Positions 12,487 through 25,409 of a stretch of 64,000 nt of DNA are shown here, piece after piece; position 1 is the stretch's first letter, and every line of letters begins with the position of its first letter. The position numbers and the translations under genes were made by a program. The notes beneath the pieces were generated by a model. That model saw nothing but the letters and a program-made list of their open reading frames with translations, was not told the DNA's origin and did not search any database. Source of the DNA: Octopus sinensis (taxonomy: Eukaryota); assembly GCF_006345805.1 (NCBI RefSeq), contig NC_043002.1, positions 106,392,001 through 106,456,000 on the forward strand, given 5' to 3'.

Positions 12487-13042
12487 ATGCCCTGATGCAG
12501 TACCAGGCAGTGGCTCTCGTGGCTTCTGATCTTAACTGATTGGAAGTGTTATCATGTACATTGTTTTGTCTTGGTATAAAAGACGGGCTGCAGTAAATAT
12601 TCTGCTCAATACCACAGATTTGCTTGTCAGTTGTTTGACCTTAAACAATTGACCGTGTCCCTTCGTGGCTGACGATATGTGCATCACTGATCACTAGCAG
12701 AAGTAGTGGGGGAGCATCATAGCCATGTGTTGAGAGGGATTCTTTGGGATTTGAATAATTCACCTCTGGAAACATGGATGTTTCGTTCAACATCCTTAAA
12801 CAACCCTTATTAAGGGACCTTTTGAGCGGGATGGGTTATTCGACCAGAAGAAAATTCTAACTGGGCTCCACCTGCAAGGTCATGTGCTGTTTATCTTGAT
12901 ATGAGATCACTATGTCACACACATATGGTTGTGATGCATGTGCCTAGTGTACCCTTATCAGACGGGTAGTCACGAATGGTATACTGGGCTTCGTATATTT
13001 TAGCCCAGTGTCACTTTGACTGCATGCACTGCTCTCTCACCC
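12487..13042 (+). mobile_element. ~550-bp TAA-associated non-autonomous retroposon, full length, opposite orientation to the 4-8 kb copies
   Basis: Reverse complement of 5534-6075 and 7265-7813; ends CACTGCTCTCTCACCC(AAT)n. Confidence 0.85.
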
Positions 13043-13112
<70 letters not shown>

Positions 13113-13208
13113 GTAATAATGATAATAATAATAGTAATAATAATGATAATAATGATAATAATATTAATAATAACAATAACAATGATGATAATAATAATAA
13201 TAATAATG

Positions 13209-13239
<31 letters not shown>

Positions 13240-13263
13240 TAATTATAAAAATATAATAATGAA

Positions 13264-13307
<44 letters not shown>

Positions 13308-13327
13308 CGATAATAATAATAATAACG

Positions 13328-13382
<55 letters not shown>

Positions 13383-13417
13383 TAACGATAATAATAATAA
13401 TAATAACGATAATAATA

Positions 13418-13467
<50 letters not shown>

Positions 13468-13468
13468 G

Positions 13469-13522
<54 letters not shown>

Positions 13523-13531
13523 TAATAATAA
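13043..13531. repeat. (AAT)n array
   Basis: Directly visible; lies between the ~550-bp element and the Dong-like LINE. Confidence 0.95.
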
Positions 13532-13532
13532 T

Positions 13533-16500
13533 TTGAATGATAGGGAACCACTCCGTAAACTCTCAAATGCACACCAATATAAAACACAAATAAAAATTGG
13601 TAACTGCGTTACACAAGAAATCATGCAACAACTAAAACTCGAACTTAAATTAAATGAAATTATTTACTCTGTCGCTAAGGTGATCGAAAGACGCTGTTTA
13701 ACACCCAAAAAGCCAACAATACCAAATTCGAAAAGAAAATCAAACTGGAGGAGTAGAATTGAAACTGAAATTGAATCATTGCGAAGGGAGATATCAATAT
13801 TAACTGAGCTAATCTCTGGAAATGATGTAAGATCAAGAAAAGGCAAGAAGATTGTGAGAAAATATGGACTCTCAACAAGAGAAGAACTAATGTCAGCGAA
13901 AGAAACACTTAAACAAAAAGTTCAAGCAAAAGCTCAGAGAATACGCAGATTTGAGAAAAGAATCAAATTCTACAAACAAAATAAGTTGTTCAATTCCAAT
14001 GCCAAAACATTTTACAGGGAAATAGGGAAAGAAAAAATAACCATTGAAAATCCACCCCTAATGGAAGAAGTTGAAAACTTTTGGAAGGGGATCTGGAGTG
14101 ATGAGAAACCATACAATGAAAATTCAGACTGGATCAAACGCACCCAAGATACCTACAAAAATCTACAAGAACAAGTATGGGAAGACATCTCAATCGCCGA
14201 CCTAAGGAGGGCACTAACGAAGGCTCATAAATGGAAATCCCCTGGTATTGATAGAGTATCAAATTTCTGGCTCTCATCACTCTCGTCCGCACACAAAATG
14301 TTAGTAATACTATTTAATAGTATTATGAAAGACCCGGAAAAAACACCACATTGGATGGCAAATGGTATTACTTACCTCCTCCCCAAAAATAACAAAACGA
14401 AAGACCCAAAAAACTACCGGCCTATAACATGTTTAAGATTTTAACATCTATTCTAGTAGAGAAAACATATACGTTTATGGAAGAGAATAACCTCTTTCCC
14501 ACTGAACAAAAAGGATGCAGACGAGGCTCATATGGATGCTAAGATCAGCTCCTAATTAATAGCATGATCCTTGAGAACTGCCATAACAAGCGCAGAAATC
14601 TCAGCTCTTCATGGATTGATTATAAAAAAGCCTTTGACAGCATACCGCATTCGTGGATTCTGGAATCGCTGGACATTTTCAAAATTTCTCCTGTGATTTC
14701 AGATTTTTTAAAGTATAATATGTCACTATGGAACACGAAGCTCCAATTATATCATTCTAATGGAGTATTGCGCTCAAGCAATATTAGCATAAACTGTGGC
14801 ATTTTTCAAGGTGACTCACTTTCACCACTAATTTTCTGCATAGCACTAATACCACTCTCAAGTGAACTGAATAGAACAGGATTCGGCTACAAAATTGACA
14901 ACAAGAAAATAAGCCATCTATTTTATATGGATGATTTAAAACTATATGGCAAAGATGATGAGCTTGAAGGATTAATACATACTGTGAAAGGATTCAGTGA
15001 TGATATCAGGATGGAGTTTGGCCTTGATAAGTGTGCCAAAGCCACTTTTAAGAAAGGGAAATTGGTAAAGTCTAGTTCAATCGAATTAGACGTCGAGACA
15101 GTAATAAAGGAACTTGAGCAGGAACAAACCTATAAATACCTAGGAATAAATGAAGGCTCAGGTATCCAGCATGCAAGCATGAAAGAGAAGGTTAGGAAGG
15201 AATGTTATAGAAGCGTTCGAGCAGTCCTGAAGTCTGAGCTGAATGTATATAATAAGGTGTTAGCCATAAATTCCTTAGCAGTACCAGTTGTTCTTTATAG
15301 CTTCAATGTGCTTAACTGGAATACCAGTGAAATAATGAAAATTGACAGGAAAATCCGCAAGCTACTGACTTGTAATAAGATGCACCATCCAAAGGCAGAC
15401 GTGGATCGTCTTTACCTTCCCAGAGCTCTTGAACTTACGTACAAAACCACCATAATCGGACTGGCCAAATACCTTGAAGCAGCCAACGATTGGATGCTAA
15501 AACTTGTTGAAAATCATGAAAGATCGAAAAAAAACTTCACTCTATTCTCAAAGAGAGCAAAAAAGTCGCTGCTGATCTCTTAGATACCCACCAGATTGAG
15601 CAGGCTGAAGGAAATATGCCAACTGCTGCTGCAAAGAAAATAAAATTAATTGCTAAGTCAAAAGCACATGAAAAATTAGCAGGCATATGGGAACAGAAAC
15701 CTCTCCATGGCAAGTATGTGACCCGTAGCAAACAAGCTGATATCGACCAGAAATACACGCACCAATGGTTACGAAGTTCAGGGCTAAAAGCAGAGAGTGA
15801 AGGTTTCATATTAGCTGCTGAAGACCAAAGCTTATTAACCTGGAACTACCAAGCCAATGTGATGAAAAATGGAGCTGACCCAAATTGCCGATTCTGTAAC
15901 GATGAGATTGAAACAATAGACCACCTAATCTCAGGGTGTAGAGTCTTAGCACCTGTAGAATATAAAACAAGACATGACAGAGTCGGCCATTATTTACATT
16001 GGACAATATGTCGGCATTATAAAATTAAAACCGCTAACAAATGGTATACATCATCCTGAAGCTGTGACTGAGGGAGAAAATGTATCGATTCTAGGGGACT
16101 TCCCCGTACATACCGACAAAGCTATAAAAGCTAATAAACCGGATATTATTATAAAAGATCAGACAAAAAGATGTGTTTATTAATTGACATGAGTATTCCT
16201 TGCGATCACAATATAGCGGCGAAAGAATTTGACAAGATTAGTAAATATAAAGACTTGCTAATAGAAACTGAAAAAATGTGGCATCTCAAGGCGACCACAG
16301 TACCAGTGATTGTAGGATCTCTGGGAATGATAAAACAAGGTACTAAAACCTATTTGAAAATGATTCCAGGCTTACCATCCCCACAGGAAGTGCAAAAAAT
16401 CGTATTAACTGGAACGGCTCATGTACTGAGAAGAGCACTATCGCTGTGAAAACAACATCTATCCATGAATTTATTTATTTATTAATTTTAAATACATATT

Positions 16501-16620
16501 TTGTCTGTGAATTTGCGCGTGTAATCTAGGAATGCACACAATGAGCTTCTCTGCCCTAGGTGTATGGAAAACACTCAGAGAGAAACGGAAGAAACTTTGA
16601 AGAAAGAAGAAAAAAAAGCA
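13533..16620 (+). mobile_element. 5'-truncated R4/Dong-clade non-LTR retrotransposon (RT, CCHC knuckle, REL endonuclease), pseudogenised
   Basis: Track ORFs 13533-14444, 14564-15583, 15616-16059 and 16171-16449 join into one protein: KNYRPITCL, EQKGC, WIDYKKAFDSIPH, GIFQGDSLSPL, HLFYMDDLKLY, YKYLG, CRFC..ETIDHLISGC, PDIIIKD, LIDMSIPCD, VLRRALSL*. About five frameshifts or stops; (TAA)n on both sides. Confidence 0.92.
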
Positions 16621-16653
16621 TAATAATGATAATAATATAATAATATAATAATA

Positions 16654-16698
<45 letters not shown>

Positions 16699-16737
16699 TG
16701 ATAATAATAATAATATAATAGTAATAATAATAATAAC

Positions 16738-16815
<78 letters not shown>

Positions 16816-16822
16816 CATAATA

Positions 16823-16857
<35 letters not shown>

Positions 16858-16905
16858 CATAATAATAATATAATATAATAATAATATGATAATAATAATA
16901 TAATA

Positions 16906-16938
<33 letters not shown>

Positions 16939-16945
16939 TAATAAT
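16621..16945. repeat. (TAA)n tail/target array
   Basis: Directly visible. Confidence 0.95.
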
Positions 16946-16949
16946 AAAA

Positions 16950-17131
16950 AGTATATGCGGAGAAAAGACATACTTTCCTGGCACAGGAAGAAATACTACT
17001 AAGGGAACAAAATGGATGCTGGAAGTGTTCTCAGGGTACCAAGGATCACCTGGTCATTGATCAAACAGTTTTGAGACATTGTAAAAACATCATACAAACA
17101 TGTCTATGACTTTGATTGACTTTAAGAAGGC
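16950..17131 (+). mobile_element. RT fragment of another R4-type LINE
   Basis: Reads EQNGCWKCSQGTKDHLVIDQTVLRHCK..[fs]..MSMTLIDFKKA, equivalent to the EQKGC..GTKDQLLID..WIDYKKA block. Confidence 0.7.
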
Positions 17132-17452
17132 CATTAAGCATTTTGTCCGAAGTCCTAACGATTATGTTAGCGGTGATTGCAATTGTGTTAATTTTCTTTC
17201 TAATGTTGAAAGAGCTAAGATAGAGACGGCCACGTTGGATGCTATTTTCGAGGTCTTTGAAGCGAGATGGTATAATATTAACTGTATTCTTATATCAAAA
17301 TTGATACAATGGACCGAAAAATACAATATGAAGTTATTATAACATGAACGAACTCAAGCATGCGAGCATGTGTGAGTATGTATATATATAATACTATATA
17401 ATATATATATATATTATATATCATACTATATATATTATATATATATATATCA

Positions 17453-17497
<45 letters not shown>

Positions 17498-17499
<2 letters not shown>

Positions 17500-17593
17500 C
17501 GCAGGAGTGGCTGTGTGGTAAGTAGCTTGTTTACCACATGGTTCCGGGTTCAGTCCCACTGCGTGGATTTGGTAGACGGAAACTGAAAGAAGC

Positions 17594-17657
<64 letters not shown>

Positions 17658-17878
17658 TGTGTGCGTTTGTGTGTTTGTGTTTGTCCCTCTAGCATTGCTT
17701 GACAACCGATGCTGGTGTGTTTATGTCCCCGTTACTTAGCGGTTCGGCAAAAGAGACCGATAGAATAAGTACTGGGCTTACAAAAGAATAAGTCCCGAGG
17801 TCAAGTTGCTCGATTAAAGGCGGTGCTCCAGCATGGCCGCAGTCAAATGACTGAAACAAGTAAAAGAGTAAAGAGAGA
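17498..17878 (+). mobile_element. tRNA-derived SINE family 1 (octopus type), internal deletion
   Basis: A-box/B-box-like head (GGAGTGGCTGTGTGG..GGTTCAGTCCC), central TA/TG microsatellite, tail GGCGGTGCTCCAGCATGGCCGCAGTCAAATGACTGAAACAAG(TAAAAGAG)n. Confidence 0.85.
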
Positions 17879-18578
17879 GTATATATATATATTATATATA
17901 TATATATGTACATGTGCATGCGTGTGTGTACATGTATGTGTGTATGTACGCGTCTTGATCTATATAATTATGTGCGCCTCAGTGTATATGTAGAAGTATA
18001 TGTCTGTGTGTATAGGTGGATAAACGCACGTCGATTGACCACACCACGGTAATATGCTGCTATCAATGCCATCAGATGGATATCAATAACAAGCGCAACC
18101 GGGAACTGTTATCTGTTCAATTGACAGGGCTATAAAACATTAAGACAAGGGGGGGGGAAGAACAAGGCAAATAAGAACAAAAAACTAGCACACACACACA
18201 CAAACACATGCACACGCACACACGTACGGCACACGCGCGCGCACACACTGTAGGATGGATGCATACAGCAACAAACGTACACGCACATATGCGCATAAAT
18301 ACACAAAGATGCGTTTATACGATACGACAAAATAGCACGAAGACAACAATAATAATAACAACACAGCCACAAGCCGTAATCAGATCAGTTGACAGAGCTA
18401 TAAAACAAGTGCAACAACAACAACAACAACAACGACAATGACAACAACAACAACAACAACACACACAAATATTTACACAACGTGTACATATATATATGTG
18501 TGTATGTATACGCATGTAAATGTGTGTGTACATACATATATAAACTGATAAGAGTAGATATTAGACCTTGATCTTCGC

Positions 18579-18618
<40 letters not shown>

Positions 18619-18630
18619 CACATATATACA

Positions 18631-18674
<44 letters not shown>

Positions 18675-18954
18675 TATATATATACATACATACATATACA
18701 TACATATATATATGTAAAATACAGTGTACATTTATCCCACTCATGGGATTCATCACGCTAGAAAGAACAGCTATGAGTGGATTCCTCTTATGTGTATAAA
18801 TGTACACTGTATTTTATGAGTAACTAGCATTATGATCCGGCGTTGCCGGGTCATTGTGCTAGTGCATGTATATATGTGTACATATTACATGTACATCTAT
18901 ATATATACATCTACACATAAAATACAAAATACAAAGTTATATCTTGATATCGCT

Positions 18955-19600
18955 AGTGTTGGCCCGTCTCTTGCAATTTCGATAAATTGTATCTTGTCCT
19001 CCCTCTTGTATAGAAGTGTGGCTACAATCCAGCCTACCTCTACTTCTGGAGGGACATTTTAAATTTTTATCCGGGACATCCTACGTCCCAGATATAAAGG
19101 TAAAAATAAAATATTTCCACTTTGCAAGGTTCGAGTCGAGTACTTCCTTGCACGCTCCGTTGACTCGAACCTTGCCTCTATTGTGGCGAATTTACCGCCT
19201 CTGGTTAGATACTTGATATCTTTCATAGTCGCACCAAGATACTTTTCGATGGTGCTTTCAGTCAGGTGTTCAAATCTTCTTTTTCTCGCTGCAGCGAAAT
19301 TCATTTTTGGACTTTCTCCTATCGAAAGCATTCTGACAAAAATGCTTCCGTATAAACGGTGAAAATATTGTCAATTTCCCCAAACAGGGACACAATTCAA
19401 TTTTTAAACAATAACCAAAGCTCCTTCTCCCAAAGGGGGAGGGTTACAGTTTACAATTATTAACAAATGCAACACAACAACGTTTCCCTTACGAGGAACC
19501 AACAAACGTGATAACAATAGTTAAACAGTAATAATAATAACAACAAACCTTACGGCGAATCAAAAAGCAGTACGCAGTTGAAGCTATTCCTTTTCTGCAC
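18955..19600 (-). mobile_element. Probable 5' UTR and ORF1 start of a Tx1/L1-like LINE
   Basis: Track ORF 19059-19331 (FATIEARFESTERARKYS..FLPLYLGRRMSRIKI, then frameshift to NVPPEV) resembles RRM-type LINE ORF1 proteins. Recognition from memory only. Confidence 0.45.
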
Positions 19601-19849
19601 TTAAATTTTATTTTTTATTTATTCCCATTCATGTGAAGCCACTTATTTAAGTTCAAGTCATTGATGCAATTTTATACCAATTGCTATTTTTATTTTTGTT
19701 ATGTTACGATTATATTATACTTTAGTTTGATTTTAATTATTACTTACTACATATAATTCAATTGTTATTATTATCTCTAATTTCTATTGTTAAAGTGAAA
19801 GTATCTAACATAAAATAGAAAAATGTTTTTGTTTCACTTTTAACACGTA

Positions 19850-20062
19850 ATACTGAAATAGTGGAGAAGATATGATATTGCTATGGGCTTGCCCTAGGCA
19901 AGAAGTTGAACTCTTTTTGCCGATGACACTCCCCGGACCCTAAGTAAGGCATGTGTAAAATTTGAATGAAATTGGTTGTGTAGTTCTCAAGTTTTAGGGA
20001 AACACACAGACAGACTGACAGACAGACAGACACACATTCTCAGTTTTATATATAGAGAGATA
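19850..20062 (+). mobile_element. Probable non-autonomous Helitron 3' end
   Basis: Ends GGAAACACACAGACAGACTGACAGACAGACAGACACACATTCTCAGTTTTATATATAGAG; a (CAGA)n tract with a TATATAG terminus is typical of such ends. Confidence 0.4.
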
Positions 20063-20134
20063 CATAGTCTTTGGACTAAATTTTTACACGCTAGGCCACT
20101 CGAGGTGAAAATTTCTATTTCCTTTCGATATGAT

Positions 20135-20165
<31 letters not shown>

Positions 20166-20200
20166 ACACACACACACACAACACACACACACACACCACA

Positions 20201-20265
<65 letters not shown>

Positions 20266-21088
20266 AACAAAACAAAACTAACAAACCAAAAATCCCCCAA
20301 ACAAAACATGTTTCAGATTTTTTCTCATCCCAAATCGTTAACGATTTAGCAGTTGAGAAAAGAGGAAGAGAGGAATTTCTTACATGCGGGTAAAATACGT
20401 GCAGGGCAATTCTGCATTGCGAAAAAAGTTCTCTGTATAGATACAGTTCATGTATTTATTACGAACAAGGATCCTTGGCTGCCACTTTTCAATTTCAAAA
20501 AAGTTACGAGAGATTATATGGCGTGCGTAAAGCCAATATTTCATTTGTTTATAGTTTAATATACTTGCTATCGTTGAAATGTTGACAACATGTGCAGTCA
20601 CGAACAAAATGACAGTTTCCAAATCGTGTTTTCTGACTCGGTAAAAACGATCAAACTTGAAACCTCTGTAACTTTTTAACAAACTTTTTTTCTGGAACAA
20701 ATGAATTAGACCCCGAGATTCAGCGTAAAAAATTACATCAATACATCAAATTTGAAAATTTTCATCGAATTTAAAAATAAAAAAAAAATGCAGCCAAACA
20801 GGAATGATCCCGAACTAGATTCACAAACCCGTTCAAGTATATCCTTCTCGGTGCAGACAAAGATTTCTAGCTGCTATTTTGTATTGTGCTATCCATCGGG
20901 ATGAGTCAGACGTTCTTTATGTTCATCTCGCAGAGGCCCTTGCATCCAGTTTTCCTGGATGTTTTTAGAAAAACTACCCGGGCATTTTGAACACGTGGAA
21001 TGCTTCTAGTGACTTTTACTATTGAAGGGGAGAAAATCTCTTCTAGGTTAAACTACGTTAAGTTAAAAACAAACAAAAAGTTAACCAT

Positions 21089-21256
21089 AGTCGTAGGAGT
21101 GGCTGTGTGGTAAATAGCTTGCTTACCAACCAGAAGGTTCCGCTTTCAGTCCCACTGCGTGACACCTTGGGCAAGTGTCTTCTACTATAGCCTCGGGCCG
21201 ACCAAAGCCTTGTGAGTCGATTTGGTAGACGGAAACTGAAATAAGCCGGTCGTATG

Positions 21257-21333
<77 letters not shown>

Positions 21334-21552
21334 ATATGTTTGTATGTCTGTGTTCGCCCCCCCACCCAACATCACTTGACAACCGATGCTGGTGTGTTTA
21401 CGTCCCCGTAGCTTAGCGGTTCGGCAAAACAGACCGATAGAATACATACAAGGCTTACAGAGAATAAGTTCTGGGGTTGATTTGCTCGACTAAAGGCGGT
21501 GCTCCAGCATGGCCGCTGTCAAATGACTGAAACAAGTAAAAGAGTAAAAGAG
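21089..21552 (+). mobile_element. tRNA-derived SINE family 1, full length
   Basis: Same head, body and tail as the 17498 copy, including the GGGCAAGTGTCTTCTACTATAGCC segment. Confidence 0.88.
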
Positions 21553-21952
21553 TATATAAAGATCTCAATACCGCGAAGTTACTGTCGCTTTAAAAAAAGT
21601 TTGAAACTTGCTGCTCAGTGAGTTTATTTTGTATAAATACATATATACATTCATACACGCGCATACACACACGCATGCACACACACACGCATACACACAC
21701 ACACACACGCACATATATATGTGTATTATATGTAATTCCAAACATTGAGGAGAAACAACTGCGAGAATACGAAAGAGCACGCAAGAGGCACCACTTCTCC
21801 GCTGCGTCAAATCGTTTCAACTGCAGCAGATGTCAGCACTGCTTGAGGCCCACATGCAAACCTGCCAGAGATGGTTAATGATCAAGAACAGTCGACGTCG
21901 ACCTACGAAGGACAGTCAAATTAGATGTATGTATGCATGAATGTATGTATGT

Positions 21953-22905
21953 CATTATTCAGTTTTAATTCAAAATTTCTTGTTAATAGAGAAAGAGCCG
22001 GTTTCTAATCAGAGCCAAAGACCCCTTCACTGAAATTTCAACAACACCAACAGGGTATTTTTGTATGGATATATATATTTGCAGATTTGTATGTTTTGTT
22101 TTATGTATGTCTTCTCATGCATATAGTTGCATATCTAGACATGCTCATATATATTTAAATGATAAACTTCTGGGGTTTTCAAATTTTTGCAGTTCTAGTG
22201 ATGGCTTGGATCTGTAATTTTCAAATCAACTTTCTCCTTTCTAATTTCTCAAAATTGGTATTTAAGCAGTGCGTTACATATCACAGTGCCCCAATAATTA
22301 CAGGTATAAACCAGAACTTGTCATCTGGATAGAGTACCTGTAAATTTCTCAATAGTTCAATGTTGGTATTTTCTTTTCCGCTGATCTTCAGCTTTATGTT
22401 AATATATGCTGGGCGGCTGATTTCCACGGCTGCACACACTTTCTCTTCCATGTACCAAATCACTATGTCAGGCCTATTATGTTTACACTTTATTGAGGTA
22501 TTCACTGGAACATTCCATCAGTATTCCTTTTTATTATGAATACCTATGGCTTCTACCATACTGTACTTTCTTATTTCTTTATCCTCGGGGTTATCTCATT
22601 ATACAATGTCTTAGTCACAGCTTCACGTCTCCTCCGTAGATAATACCGTGATGGCCTTTTCGGACAACTGCTTATGTTGTGGGTGATATCTTCGGTGTTA
22701 ACTCAACTAAGTCTGCATCGGTTATCATTATTTTACCTACGTCTCTGTCCCTTTTGTGCATCAGGTATTTGGTTGATATTTCTTGTACATGGATTACAAA
22801 CACGTTCCCTTCAAGGTGGGAGTTAGTAATCCGGTTGTTGGTCCATGATAAACTCCTTTGATTATCGATGTTGCTATCATTTCGGAGCCTTCTGCTAACA
22901 TATGT
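21953..22905 (-). mobile_element. 5'-truncated R4-like REL-LINE with a (CATA)n tail
   Basis: Minus strand: SHLEGNVFVIHVQEISTKYL, EDITHNISSCPK (CCHC), KHNRPDIVIW..VEISRPA, FIPVIIGAL. Flanked by (CA)n upstream and (CATA)n downstream. Confidence 0.8.
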
Positions 22906-22911
22906 ATGTTT

Positions 22912-22955
<44 letters not shown>

Positions 22956-23218
22956 GTGTGTGTGTGTGATGCGCATGCGTGTAATTATGATCATATTATC
23001 TACCAATCTAAAGCTGACTAACTCAAGCGCAAAGCAAAGATTAGATATATTCTTACAATTTGGCCCACATGCTTCAGCTTTTGTTCCTTTAGAGGAAACT
23101 CAGACATCTCACATAACGAAGATATTATATTGTTAGGAGAGACGGAGACAAAATGCAATCCGATTAGCATTAAGAAAGATATGATTCAAGCATAGAAATA
23201 GGAGAATATAAATGAGGA

Positions 23219-23301
<83 letters not shown>

Positions 23302-23688
23302 TGAAGAAAATGGAGCAATAAAGAAGGAAGGTAGAGAAGTAAATAGGGAAGGAAGAGGTGGAGAATGAGAAACAAGAAGAGAAAATGAGAAAAAAAGAAA
23401 GAAAGAATAAATGAGAGGATGAGAAGAAGCGAGAAAAAGTATTTATTCCAAATACAGGAGTAAATCTTTTATGAAAGCCAATCACATCTTGAAATAGACA
23501 TTTATTCTTCAGACTAAGATGTAAGGCAACGAAATTATTATATATAAAAAGGGTATTGTTGCAAATATTTACGGAATATATAAGAATATATACATATATA
23601 TAAATACACAGACACTTATGCGAAAGTAGGTATGTGTATATATATATATATCTATAAATGTAATATGTGACAATTATTCGGTAGCCAT

Positions 23689-23749
23689 GATAAAACTCCG
23701 AGTTTCGGATGCCGAGGTGGAAATCCACGCCGCCATCTCTTCAGTTATC
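23689..23749 (-). ncRNA. Type I hammerhead ribozyme motif (mirror copy)
   Basis: Exact reverse complement of 24054-24114. Confidence 0.7.
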
Positions 23750-24053
23750 CGACCATCGGAAAAATACTAAGAAAAATTACCGTTATTCAAATAGGAATTA
23801 CTGTGTGATTGACCGTTATTAAGACAAAAAGGCTATTTGAATGACTGCTAAGTGAGGGGAGGGAGTAAAAGTAAGGGGGTAAAAAGGTTCATAGTATTCG
23901 CGTGAGCGCGCATGTTCATAGCTTTTATTCCCTTACTTTTACTCCCTCCCCTCACTTAGTGGTCATTCAAGTAGCTCTTTTGTCTTAATAACGGTCAATT
24001 AGTAATTTCTCTTTGTATAACGGTCATTTTTTATAGTATTTTTCCGATGGTCG

Positions 24054-24114
24054 GATAACTGAAGAGATGGCGGCGTGGATTTCCACCTCGGCATCCGAAA
24101 CTCGGAGTTTTATC
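24054..24114 (+). ncRNA. Type I hammerhead ribozyme motif
   Basis: Stem I GAUAA/UUAUC; core CUGAAGA (24059-24065); stem II GAUG..CAUC with inner GUGG-AUUU-CCAC hairpin; C-GAAA (24096-24100); stem III ACU-CGG-AGU; cleavage triplet GUU with the cut after 24109. Confidence 0.72.
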
Positions 24115-24324
24115 ATGGCTACCGAATAATTGTCACATATTACATTTACAGATAGATTCCTCTACTTACATAATATCGAGGTCTATTTCATTCTTTTGTT
24201 GTCTTACCATTTTTATCAATAAATTACCTCCCGTACACCGCTTTTCCCCTAAGGGCTAATACAGCTTATTTTAAGAAAATCGCCAGACATCGGTTGAGGA
24301 CTCTGCCCCGCAGAAGAATTCAAT

Positions 24325-25409
24325 ATGGACGCCTACTACATCAATTATTCTATGAAAAACATACCTATACCACCAAGGGAACTATACTCTCAGAAACTTT
24401 TGGAGAAAATCACAGACTTGATTAAGCGCATGAGATGGAAAGCTTTCTTTTACAACATGGAAGAGGACACAACAGATAATATATTCCATGGTATAAAATC
24501 TAAAAAAATTCCCTCCAAAGACCAAAAGCTTGGAAGACTTCAAAGCGGACCTACTGAAGCTTATAAACAAAATAAAATTTCGTAAGTCTTTTAACGCTTT
24601 CCAACAGAAATTGAAAAAAGATATAAATTACATAAAAAGTTCCCCCCAAAAAAGGGCACTTTTTCCGATAAAACCAAGAACTTGTACCTGGTAGAAAACA
24701 GCACATATTCACAACTCCTACACAACAGCATCATCAATAATTACACCAAGGCTAGGCCACAGACCTATAACGAAATTAACAAAGAAGCTAGCGTTATCGC
24801 CGCTAGACTTAAATTAGATAAAAAAAAAATAGAGGTCCTCCCCAGAAAAGAGGCCTTTATTACTATCAAAGACCATAAAAAGAACTTCCTATCCAATCCT
24901 AAATGTAAGCTTATTAACCCAGCTAAATCAGAACTTGGCATTATTAGTAAAGAAATCTTAAGAAAAATCAATGCAAAAATTAGGACCGCCACTAGGCTAG
25001 TACAGTGGTCCAATAGTATAGAAGTCGTCGAATGGTTTAAAGTCATTAAGAATAAGAATAAAGCGAGATTTACACAATTCGATATTGTCGATTTTTATGC
25101 CACTATCTCTAAAGAACTGCTAGATAAAGCCCTCACCTTCGTAAGCGATTTCATAGAAATCAGCACACAGGACAAGGGCATAATCTTTCATGCTAGAAAG
25201 ACTTTACTTTTCAGCGAGAACGCAGAGTAGGTCAAGACTACCGATACAGAGAGTGTTTTCGATGTGAGCATGGGGTTATATGATGGAGCAGGCATATGCG
25301 ATCTTATCGGATTATTCCTACTCGATACGTTGGGTAAGACCTTTCCTGACGTATAATTCGCCATCTACAAAGATGATGCCCTCGCAAATACCAATGGACC
25401 AGCACTTGT
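24325..25409 (+). mobile_element. Penelope-like element RT, N-terminal two thirds, disrupted
   Basis: SMKNIPIP..KRMRWKAFF, FITIKDHKKNF..CKLINPAKSELG, FTQFDIVDFY, FDVSMGLYDGAGICDLIG, IYKDDALA. Clade guess: Hydra-type C-terminal-EN PLE (inference). Confidence 0.82.

Larger units (their letters stand above)
23649..24154. repeat. 506-bp palindrome (inverted PLE pseudo-LTR pair)
   Basis: 23655-23768 is the exact reverse complement of 24035-24148 (114 bp). Inner arms (about 23769-23885 / 23922-24034) match at roughly 85% by eye; loop about 35 nt. Confidence 0.95.

Noticed and set aside
20317-20389. Candidate plus-strand exon DFFSSQIVNDLAVEKRGREEFLTCG
   Set aside because: Weak polypyrimidine tract and donor, no recognisable homology, no phase-compatible partner exon identified.
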